A DNA stretch of 64,000 nt, taken from positions 32,001 to 96,000 of the IMG/VR virus record IMGVR_UViG_3300044620_000592. One strand, 5' to 3'. A program made the position numbers and the translations under genes. The DNA comes from a virus. Shown here one piece after another: positions 57,255 through 64,000 of this stretch. Numbering within the stretch: the first letter of the stretch is position 1; each line of letters starts with the position of its first letter. The notes under the pieces are model-generated. The model was given only the letters and a program-made list of their open reading frames with translations. It searched no databases and was not told the DNA's origin.

Positions 57255-57716
57255 ATGACCACCGAACCAATTGACGAAATGTTTATTGCAATCCATAGTC
57301 TTACATTATGTATTGAAGTAGAAATTACTACAACAGAACATTTCCTTAAAACTGAAATTGAATATTCAAAAATTAATGGATATCAAACACAGATCAATTT
57401 CCTAACCCGATTTAGCGAGATATTCGATAAAGTTATCTCTAAGCCTTTCTATGAGAAAGTCTTTATTCCAAATATGGAAGAAAAAATGGATGCCGATACA
57501 ATGGATTTCCTTTTTAGCTATAGCTATCTTAAGAATTTCTTTAAGGAATTCCATAAGGCTAACATTCTTCTAACAAAACACTTTAAGGATGCCTATACCC
57601 TAAGCGAAGTCAATAACGATATTCGTAACGCTTATCCAGGTATTGGTCATAATCCCGAACTCTTCCCTCATCAGGAACTAATTCAATATCTAGGTTCAAT
57701 GGGTAAAGGGAAGTAA
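57255..57716 (+). CDS. Hypothetical protein (cassette)
   Basis: 153 aa; promoter TTGGTA..TAGGAT upstream. Confidence 0.65.
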   Translation: MTTEPIDEMFIAIHSLTLCIEVEITTTEHFLKTEIEYSKINGYQTQINFLTRFSEIFDKVISKPFYEKVFIPNMEEKMDADTMDFLFSYSYLKNFFKEFHKANILLTKHFKDAYTLSEVNNDIRNAYPGIGHNPELFPHQELIQYLGSMGKGK

Positions 57717-57721
57717 AAACA

Positions 57722-58207
57722 ATGTCAAACTTTGAAACAATATTCAATAATCCAGAAAAAGCAATGGCTATCATTTTTCATATGACTAATAGCCATGAAA
57801 TAGCTGCTCAAACCATTACCGATATTCATAAAGGTATTCTTAAGGCAACTGAAATTGTTAACCAAACTTCTAACTTTCTCGAAAAGTTAAATTTTATGAA
57901 GATTCCTCAGACAATGATTGATAATCTTGAAAAGGCTAATAATGCACGTGATTCTTTTGCTAATATCCTAGAGAATCTAAAAGCTGAAAGGATAGATTAT
58001 GATAAATACATCATGGAAATCTATTCCTTAACTCTTGAGCTTTGCATAATTGGTCAACAAATTACTGCTGTTTTTGGTAATACTGATGAATTCGGAATTG
58101 ACCATTTATTTCCTAATCGTGAATCTTTCTTCAAAGAGATATACGATCTATTTACCGAGCTTTCATTTCAGTCAAAAGACGTAGTTCAAGAATACGCTAG
58201 TCTTTAG
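57722..58207 (+). CDS. Hypothetical helical protein
   Basis: 161 aa; terminator ggggcagg-tttt-cctgcccc-TTTTTT at 58225-58250. Confidence 0.65.
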   Translation: MSNFETIFNNPEKAMAIIFHMTNSHEIAAQTITDIHKGILKATEIVNQTSNFLEKLNFMKIPQTMIDNLEKANNARDSFANILENLKAERIDYDKYIMEIYSLTLELCIIGQQITAVFGNTDEFGIDHLFPNRESFFKEIYDLFTELSFQSKDVVQEYASL

Positions 58208-58951
58208 CCAATTCTTTAGAGAAAGGGGCAGGTTTTCCTGCCCCTTTTTTCATGCCTGCAATCATGTGTAACATTACACCAATTGTAATATTACAGGAAC
58301 CCTGCTGGAATAGAGTGTGTAATATTACACCGCTATTCTTTATGGAAATCAAATCCAAATACTAATGTTTATCCAAATCCTAACATCCGGCCAACTTTAT
58401 GGCGGGCAATAGGCTTACCTAATATGGGATCTAAAGTCCGGGTCTATTCAGAACCTAATTAACTACCTATAGATAGGTATTACATCATTGTAATTCCCAT
58501 ATTTAGCACCTCAAAACGCACACTAAAATTCTCACAAATAAAAACGACGTTATTTATGAGTATTTTACTGTCTTTTTGATTGATTTAATAGACAATTAGT
58601 CTATTTATTACTTATTTTATAACATTTATCTATCTTTATGGGGGGTACAAATAACCGAAATTATGGCTATTGGGGGGTTTATATAGATATATATCCCTAT
58701 AGATAGGAGAATACATAGATAGGTCTACACCAGTTTATTAATAAGATCTGTACCTTTATTTAGAACGCTTTACAGCATCATTAATAGATTTGGACCCTTC
58801 TGAGAATCTATTCCTTGGTACTTCGCTGAATACCTTAAAGGAATCTATTCATCTATCTATATCTTATCCCTATGAATACTTCTATCTATACTTCTTCTAG
58901 AGGTATATCTTAGTTATAACCCGGAAATCAGGGTTTATTCGTAGAATACTT

Positions 58952-59062
58952 CTACTCCGATTCGCAATCATGACCGTAATACCATTCATTAGCCTCTTCT
59001 TCATCCAATAGATCAAACAATCTATCGCATTCCGGGCATTCCATCTTTGTTTTAACCTTCAT
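58952..59062 (-). CDS. Small Zn-finger peptide (36 aa, not in ORF track)
   Basis: MKVKTKMECPECDRLFDLLDEEEANEWYYGHDCESE*. Confidence 0.65.
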   Translation of the reverse strand: MKVKTKMECPECDRLFDLLDEEEANEWYYGHDCESE

Positions 59063-59071
59063 ATCTTTTCC

Positions 59072-59275
59072 TTATCCTATGACCATAAACAATAGGTCAA
59101 ATAAGACCCAACAGATAGACACAACCATCATCAAAGGCAATAGAAAGGCTGAAACCGTATCCATCTCCTTATATGAATCAACCGAATTCCTATCCATCTT
59201 CCAAAGTGCATATAGCAATACCACTCCCAATATATTCAAAATAATCATTCCATACCCTTTCGTATGTTTATGCAT
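59072..59275 (-). CDS. Small 2-TM membrane protein
   Basis: Hydrophobic ORF; true start probably MIILNILG. Confidence 0.5.
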   Translation of the reverse strand: MHKHTKGYGMIILNILGVVLLYALWKMDRNSVDSYKEMDTVSAFLLPLMMVVSICWVLFDLLFMVIG

Positions 59276-59511
59276 GATCCCGTATGGATATGCATTTCCT
59301 TGTATTCACATATAGTATCTTTTGGCCACTTTTGCCAATCCATACCAATATCAAAAGCCCCCTCCTAATCTCTCCTCATTGGCTACTGAATAGCTTTCTA
59401 AGGGTCTTAAAGATTAGAAAAGGGCAATCACATAGCCCATTTTCTTTTTTACAATATTGAATGGTATTAGAAATAATCCTAAGTACAATTAATATTAAGT
59501 ATTAGGGTTAT

Positions 59512-59781
59512 TTACTTGACAATATCATGGCTAACCATTTGGTCATTAAGAGGCTCAACGATAAGTCCAACTCCATCTTTTGTCATACCAAAGATGCAAC
59601 CCGAATCATTTCCTTCAGGATCAGATGAAGCATAAATCATACTTCCATCTTCAAAGACAATCGCTACTGGAAAGCCTCCCCAACTATTTTCCCAACCTTC
59701 AGCGTCAAGCTCAAGTTTATTCATCATTCTAACTTCAGTTACTTTTAAGCCTACTGGATAGGCTACTTTCTTTTTTGTCAT
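59512..59781 (-). CDS. Hypothetical protein
   Basis: 89 aa; YASSDPEGNDSG. Confidence 0.65.
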   Translation of the reverse strand: MTKKKVAYPVGLKVTEVRMMNKLELDAEGWENSWGGFPVAIVFEDGSMIYASSDPEGNDSGCIFGMTKDGVGLIVEPLNDQMVSHDIVK

Positions 59782-59798
59782 TATTCTTTCCTTTTGTT

Positions 59799-60308
59799 TT
59801 AACCGATGTAATCGCCATAGGCATTAAAATATTGTTCTAAATCATCTAATTTTCCACACCATTCTGATGGGTCTCTAGAATCATGAATATTCTGCAATTC
59901 ATTAACCAATTTTAAAGAATTATTGGTAGTAAACCATACTGGGTTAGATTGCTTAATAGCATCCCAAATGTGATTTTTTTGGCTAACCAATTCACCTTCG
60001 AAATAGTCATAATAGAAACTATCAGCAATGAGCCAACCAGCAGCACATTTCATATCTGGAGCTTGACCAGCAATCAGATTATCTAGAATTTCAGATTCCC
60101 ATTCCAAAAGGCTATCTAAATCATCAGGTGGTTCGGATTGTGTAATGATATCCTCTGCTTTATTCCTAGCTTTATCAATAAGATCAGCTGAATAACCACG
60201 ATATACACAATTGTCAGTTAAATCTTTTGATTGCTCATCTTGGTCAAGAAGCATCATTTTTACATATTTAAATGCTTCTTTATCGTTTGTGATTACATTA
60301 TTCATCAT
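59799..60308 (-). CDS. Hypothetical protein
   Basis: Likely start MMNNVIT; CVYRG..KCAAGWLI..LQNIHD. Confidence 0.6.
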   Translation of the reverse strand: MMNNVITNDKEAFKYVKMMLLDQDEQSKDLTDNCVYRGYSADLIDKARNKAEDIITQSEPPDDLDSLLEWESEILDNLIAGQAPDMKCAAGWLIADSFYYDYFEGELVSQKNHIWDAIKQSNPVWFTTNNSLKLVNELQNIHDSRDPSEWCGKLDDLEQYFNAYGDYIG

Positions 60309-60498
60309 CTTCATCCTCTTCCATTTCAACTTCATCACCCTCAATGACGGTAAAAAGACCATTCAAATAAGTCTTCAACTGGTTAGGGGTAACATTGCCT
60401 AATTCTGCTTCCATCTCCGCAAGGATAAATTCAGCAATATCCTTATCCTTTGGGATTTGAGCAATGTAACGGCCAACTACATAGTATTGTTTAAGCAT
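60298..60498 (-). CDS. Small acidic hypothetical protein
   Basis: Start re-called at MLKQYYVV. Confidence 0.55.
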   Translation of the reverse strand: MLKQYYVVGRYIAQIPKDKDIAEFILAEMEAELGNVTPNQLKTYLNGLFTVIEGDEVEMEEDEDDE

Positions 60499-60511
60499 TG
60501 TATTTTCTTTC

Positions 60512-60724
60512 TTATTGTGGTTTTGGGATACAGGTTCGTGAACAAAATGAGGAGTTATTTTCTTCATAAATAACTCCCTTAATCAATTGTCTTGAACAGG
60601 TTGGGCAAATAAAAGGTTCAGCATTTTTTGAACCAAAATACATAACGGCTTTGCCAAGCAAAACCTTAGTCATTTCCTTACTTTGCCCTGCAATTGGTTT
60701 CGCAGGCTTTTTCTTAGTTGCCAT
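60512..60724 (-). CDS. Small Zn-finger protein
   Basis: CPTC..FCSRTC; SD AGGAG. Confidence 0.65.
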   Translation of the reverse strand: MATKKKPAKPIAGQSKEMTKVLLGKAVMYFGSKNAEPFICPTCSRQLIKGVIYEENNSSFCSRTCIPKPQ

Positions 60725-60725
60725 G

Positions 60726-61217
60726 TTATTCTCCTATTTTTTCTGATGTGGTAAATGAATTCTCAAACTCAATCTTTGCTTCTCTAAGGAAGGCTCTGAT
60801 TTCTTTTTCAGTAACTAAAGTATCTCTGTAACCTCTAGAATGATCCGAAGCGTAACTCTTAGCGATTCTCTTAGCCCAAACCGTTTCTGACTCTGTAGAA
60901 ACATTCGTGCTCAATCCGAAATGCTTTATAATAACCTTAGGTGTCAGGTATGTCTTAATGGTTTCTTCCCCATTCCATACACTATAAAGACAGAAGTTAT
61001 CGTACTTTTCAAATAACTTCCATCTTGCATAGAAATCCGGACCATTTTTGTAATTGATATTACCAATCCCTAATGCCATAGAACCAAATACTAATGATTT
61101 AGTTTCTACATTTAAATCTTCCTGTTCGCCAGGAAGTCCTACATTAATCTTTGTCCAAAGCTCATCTGGATAATCTTTGAAATACTTTACATTTTCTGTT
61201 GACCAATTTAAAGTCAT
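60726..61217 (-). CDS. Hypothetical protein
   Basis: 163 aa; HFGLSTNVS. Confidence 0.65.
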   Translation of the reverse strand: MTLNWSTENVKYFKDYPDELWTKINVGLPGEQEDLNVETKSLVFGSMALGIGNINYKNGPDFYARWKLFEKYDNFCLYSVWNGEETIKTYLTPKVIIKHFGLSTNVSTESETVWAKRIAKSYASDHSRGYRDTLVTEKEIRAFLREAKIEFENSFTTSEKIGE

Positions 61218-61227
61218 TTTATTTTCC

Positions 61228-61374
61228 TTACTCTATTTCTTCTGCTTCTGCGGAGAAATCTCTGTTTTTGATTTCTCCATTAATTAACATATCTTTTGCT
61301 ATCTCTTCAGCAATAGCACTATTGCCAGCTTCAACATCTACTGATGTCCAAATTGATACTCTATAGGTTTGCAT
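61228..61374 (-). CDS. Small acidic DpnD/PcfM-like protein (48 aa, not in ORF track)
   Basis: MQTYRVSIWTSVDVEAGNSAIAEEIA.. Confidence 0.55.
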   Translation of the reverse strand: MQTYRVSIWTSVDVEAGNSAIAEEIAKDMLINGEIKNRDFSAEAEEIE

Positions 61375-61723
61375 ACTTTTTCAATTCGTCAAGTAAAGAC
61401 GCAGGAATATCTGTATCGTTACCTTCATCATCAACTTGACCAAAGAATACAACATCACCTGCAATGTAATCCCCAAGCAAAACTCTTTGCCCAGAGTTAT
61501 ACCAAAGTTCAGTAGCGGTTTTGTTTTCTTCTAACCCCAAGAATTTACCTTCTTCATTGATATAGCAAAAGTATGGCTTATCACCAAAGCTAACCGCCTC
61601 GATATAACCACCTACAACTTCACCAATTTGTGTGTAAAAGCCATTGTAAAGAAATTCTTCAACTTCTCCATTTACTCTTACAATTGTTCCTACAATCATA
61701 TTATTTTCCTTATCTGTTGTCAT
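61361..61723 (-). CDS. DUF3846-domain protein
   Basis: VVGGYIEAV..INEEGKFLGL..IAGDVVF. Confidence 0.7.
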   Translation of the reverse strand: MTTDKENNMIVGTIVRVNGEVEEFLYNGFYTQIGEVVGGYIEAVSFGDKPYFCYINEEGKFLGLEENKTATELWYNSGQRVLLGDYIAGDVVFFGQVDDEGNDTDIPASLLDELKKYANL

Positions 61724-61724
61724 T

Positions 61725-62144
61725 TTAGTAAAGACCTAACTCTTCTCTTTGCTCATCTGAAATCATTGTTACAACACTTCTGCTGCCCATTGAGTCATGA
61801 TGAGATAATGAATACTCAATGCGATCATTGAATACTTTTCCTTTAATATGCCATCCACTATTAACTGTCATAAGATTCAATAAAGATTCTGCATCTTTTG
61901 CTTGACCATATCCACTATGATTTCCATCCCATAATGCTAAGTTGGATACTTTCCACCACATTGTTTCATTTTGTTCAAACAATCCTGAAGTAATATCCTG
62001 AAAGTCTTCTAATGCAGATTCCCAGCATTCACCTTCACAATCAATTTCCAATGCCTCAAACATTACAAAATCATCATTGTAATCTCCATCAGCACACATG
62101 CATTCATTACTGAATGCGAACTCATATACTTTTTCTGTTTCCAT
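61725..62144 (-). CDS. Hypothetical acidic protein
   Basis: Start re-called at METEKVYEF; SHHD. Confidence 0.6.
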   Translation of the reverse strand: METEKVYEFAFSNECMCADGDYNDDFVMFEALEIDCEGECWESALEDFQDITSGLFEQNETMWWKVSNLALWDGNHSGYGQAKDAESLLNLMTVNSGWHIKGKVFNDRIEYSLSHHDSMGSRSVVTMISDEQREELGLY

Positions 62145-62320
62145 TATTTGATAATCCTTTGATAATCTTGTATAGCAAAGATGCAAGCAATCTCTCCATT
62201 GCCTAAATCTTTAACATCTCCATTGCCTAATAGTGTTTCGTAAATTTTATTGATAGCTTCATTCTCACTTTCGGATTCAATAAAATATGCAGCAGTTGTT
62301 ATTACTGTATAACCGGGCAT
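62144..62320 (-). CDS. Small acidic protein (58 aa, not in ORF track)
   Basis: MPGYTVITTAAYFIESESENEAINKI..; TAATG overlaps. Confidence 0.55.
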   Translation of the reverse strand: MPGYTVITTAAYFIESESENEAINKIYETLLGNGDVKDLGNGEIACIFAIQDYQRIIK

Positions 62321-62571
62321 TAGTATTCCTCTCCACTTTCATCTTGAAAAATCAAATCACTAACATCTGTTCTATGTCCCCAACCACAACTAAAGTCATC
62401 TCTTGCCATTTCGTGAATCATTTCAATTACATCATCTAATGTAATCTCCAGTTCATTATCGCTATCTCTATTGTCTTCTCTGATTTGCTCAACGACTTTT
62501 TCGACATCATAAGAGATAACTTTAGTTACATTAATTCTCTCCGGCCATTCTTCTGGTAATTCATTGTCCAT
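62320..62571 (-). CDS. Hypothetical acidic protein
   Basis: 83 aa. Confidence 0.6.
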   Translation of the reverse strand: MDNELPEEWPERINVTKVISYDVEKVVEQIREDNRDSDNELEITLDDVIEMIHEMARDDFSCGWGHRTDVSDLIFQDESGEEY

Positions 62572-62854
62572 TGCTTAACGCCTTTCTAAATACAAAGTCA
62601 ACTCTTTTGTCCCAAGCTTCATAAACTTCTTTCTTAAACACATTGTTAACAGAACGAAGATTTAAAATATTAGTAATCTCATGTTTGATAGCTTGAACTT
62701 CTTCAATAGTCCATTCTCTACTTGCAACATAAGATTTAACTTCTTGTACGCTTGCTTCACCTTTTTTGTATGCTGAATAATCATCAGTCATATTGTAATA
62801 CCAATCTGCTCTCATAATCATTTGAGCAATATCTAATGCTTCCATTGAATTCAT
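62561..62854 (-). CDS. Hypothetical protein
   Basis: 97 aa; ADWYYNMTDDYSAYKKG. Confidence 0.6.
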   Translation of the reverse strand: MNSMEALDIAQMIMRADWYYNMTDDYSAYKKGEASVQEVKSYVASREWTIEEVQAIKHEITNILNLRSVNNVFKKEVYEAWDKRVDFVFRKALSNGQ

Positions 62855-63015
62855 TTTTTAATCTCCATAGTGTCGTAAAAGTCAAAGTCTTTATAAATTT
62901 CATCACATTCAATGCCATCATTTTCTAGAATATTAATTGCATCTTTTTCATCTTCAGCATCAATATAATAAATTTCAGCATAGTGATAGTTTTTAACTAC
63001 TTGATATGTTTTCAT
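62851..63015 (-). CDS. Small acidic DpnD/PcfM-like protein (54 aa, not in ORF track)
   Basis: MKTYQVVKNYHYAEIYYIDAEDEKDAI.. Confidence 0.6.
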   Translation of the reverse strand: MKTYQVVKNYHYAEIYYIDAEDEKDAINILENDGIECDEIYKDFDFYDTMEIKK

Positions 63016-63182
63016 TACTTTTCCCATCTTCTAGTAATTAATACATGAACTGTATCTTCATCAAGATTTCTATATTCAAATGGATCATCTAAGATCATTT
63101 CTAAAGCTTGCTCCTTATTCTCTGCTATAACTTCATACACAAGAGTATAAGTATAGTCTTCATAAATTTTATAACTAGGCAT
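63015..63182 (-). CDS. Small acidic DpnD/PcfM-like protein (55 aa, not in ORF track)
   Basis: MPSYKIYEDYTYTLVYEVIAENKEQALE.. Confidence 0.6.
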   Translation of the reverse strand: MPSYKIYEDYTYTLVYEVIAENKEQALEMILDDPFEYRNLDEDTVHVLITRRWEK

Positions 63183-63183
63183 A

Positions 63184-63324
63184 TCAGTCCCTTGGGAATG
63201 GAATATTATATTGAGATTTAATTATCTCAATAATTTCATCAATACATTCACCATCTGTAATCTCTTCTCCCGGCAATTGCAATACTTCAACAATCCGTTC
63301 AACGATTTCTTTGTCTTTACTCAC
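63184..63324 (-). CDS. Small acidic protein (46 aa, not in ORF track)
   Basis: GTG start VSKDKEIVERI..TDGECIDEI. Confidence 0.5.
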   Translation of the reverse strand: MSKDKEIVERIVEVLQLPGEEITDGECIDEIIEIIKSQYNIPFPRD

Positions 63325-63569
63325 TTCTTCTCCATAGTTCTATTCTGTGCGATAATTGCAAATGTTGTTGATAACTGTGCATGAATCTGTGCTTCAACCA
63401 AAGAGAAAGGAGTTGTATTAAAAAATACTCCTTTTTGTGGTTTAGTTGAAAGCATTAACTCACTTGCACATTCAGCATGAAAAATTGACAATGCTTCAAA
63501 GTTTTCTGTTTCAATATAATTGTCTTGAACTTCAATATCGTTCTCTGACCAACTAAGTATTGTTCTCAT
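63321..63569 (-). CDS. Hypothetical protein
   Basis: 82 aa. Confidence 0.55.
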   Translation of the reverse strand: MRTILSWSENDIEVQDNYIETENFEALSIFHAECASELMLSTKPQKGVFFNTTPFSLVEAQIHAQLSTTFAIIAQNRTMEKK

Positions 63570-63583
63570 ATTATTTCTTTCTA

Positions 63584-64000
63584 TTAAAATTGACGTGTGT
63601 CAAAGTTATTTTTTGTATGGAATGTGATTGTAAAACAACCATTATCTTCGTCAGGTAATTCAACTTCAGTGATATTTAACCACCAATCATTTTTATCATC
63701 TCTGACAACAACTTGGATATCTTCACTAATCGTGTCCAAAATAGCCTTCAATTCTTTTACTGTAATTGTTGGGCTAAAGCCGTCTGTTTTGATTGAAAAC
63801 TTTTCGCAAATGTTATCAAACCATTTAGCGTACTCATAAATCCATTCATCAAAAGAACCATTAAAAGGGTAACTATCTCCAGTCGTACCATTATCCTCAG
63901 TTGATAATTTCTCCCAAGCATGAGTTAATTTCATAATGGGTTCCCAAAGAGCACCAGCAGCTTCTATAAATTGTTTTCTTACAATGTGATTGTTTTCCAT
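63584..64000 (-). CDS. Hypothetical protein (start at window edge)
   Basis: 138 aa; YPFNGSFDEW and TVKELKAILD segments. Confidence 0.6.
   Translation of the reverse strand: MENNHIVRKQFIEAAGALWEPIMKLTHAWEKLSTEDNGTTGDSYPFNGSFDEWIYEYAKWFDNICEKFSIKTDGFSPTITVKELKAILDTISEDIQVVVRDDKNDWWLNITEVELPDEDNGCFTITFHTKNNFDTRQF

Larger units (their letters stand above)
50338..58400. repeat. Dispersed intergenic repeat array: TGTAA(T/C)ATTACA palindromes, GTAA-N18/19-TTAC inverted repeats, CTTTATG and GATCGTGTAAC motifs
   Basis: About 16 perfect TGTAATATTACA (e.g. 50476, 51143, 51830, 52329, 52347, 54129, 54527, 55230, 55307, 55339, 56175, 56200, 56257, 57007, 58284, 58318), about 12 TGTAACATTACA-type copies and many degenerate ones, counted by eye. 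Confidence 0.92.

Noticed and set aside
50338-58400. CRISPR array interpretation of the TGTAATATTACA repeats
   Set aside because: Repeats are only 12 bp, degenerate and irregularly spaced, with genes in between; there is no constant 25-45 bp repeat with uniform spacers and no cas gene in the window.
49573-59315. ORFs reading through spacers or antisense to cassettes (49573, 49871, 50981, 52209, 54376, 55564, 59079)
   Set aside because: They translate repeat motifs (CNIT/VIL) or mirror real genes.
1-64000. Prophage, stop-codon reassignment, or retron/DGR system
   Set aside because: No integrase, att site or host genes; long genes are intact in the standard code and use TAA, TAG and TGA as stops; no reverse transcriptase in the window. 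The terminase is presumably elsewhere in the genome.

Overview
This window is part of a large tailed dsDNA phage genome (siphovirus-like, about 35-38% GC by eye). It most likely infects an Actinomycetota host; that is an inference from many leaderless TANNNT-N6/7-ATG promoters, class II RNR plus ThyX, an FmdB-type Zn ribbon, a P450 and a Thr-rich FN3 surface protein. 1-40.7 kb (minus strand) holds the virion module: hub/fibre protein running off the left edge, duplicated Dit-like genes, a 3067-aa tape measure, frameshifted tail chaperones, tail tube, head-tail genes, fibre genes, lysis genes, major capsid, protease-scaffold and portal. It also holds an inserted tailoring-enzyme cluster (flavin halogenase, 2OG-Fe(II) oxygenase) beside a His-rich Gly-rich protein, and ends with NrdJ and a glycosyltransferase. 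40.8-49.5 kb (plus strand) holds ThyX, HTH, DUF1599-like, HslV-like and FmdB genes, a cytochrome P450, tRNA-Gln and a second 2OG oxygenase. The most striking region is 49.7-58.4 kb: an array of about a dozen self-contained cassettes (promoter, usually one small gene, terminator). Their spacers share a recurring architecture of paired TGTAA(T/C)ATTACA palindromes, a covarying 37-39 bp GTAA-N18/19-TTAC inverted repeat, and strand-biased CTTTATG and GATCGTGTAAC motifs. The array also contains a perfect bacterial parS, a perfect Gram-positive LexA box and two families of paralogous small basic proteins. 58.9-64 kb (minus strand) holds small early-type genes. No terminase, integrase or cas gene is visible. 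All counts were made by eye; no database searches were run.
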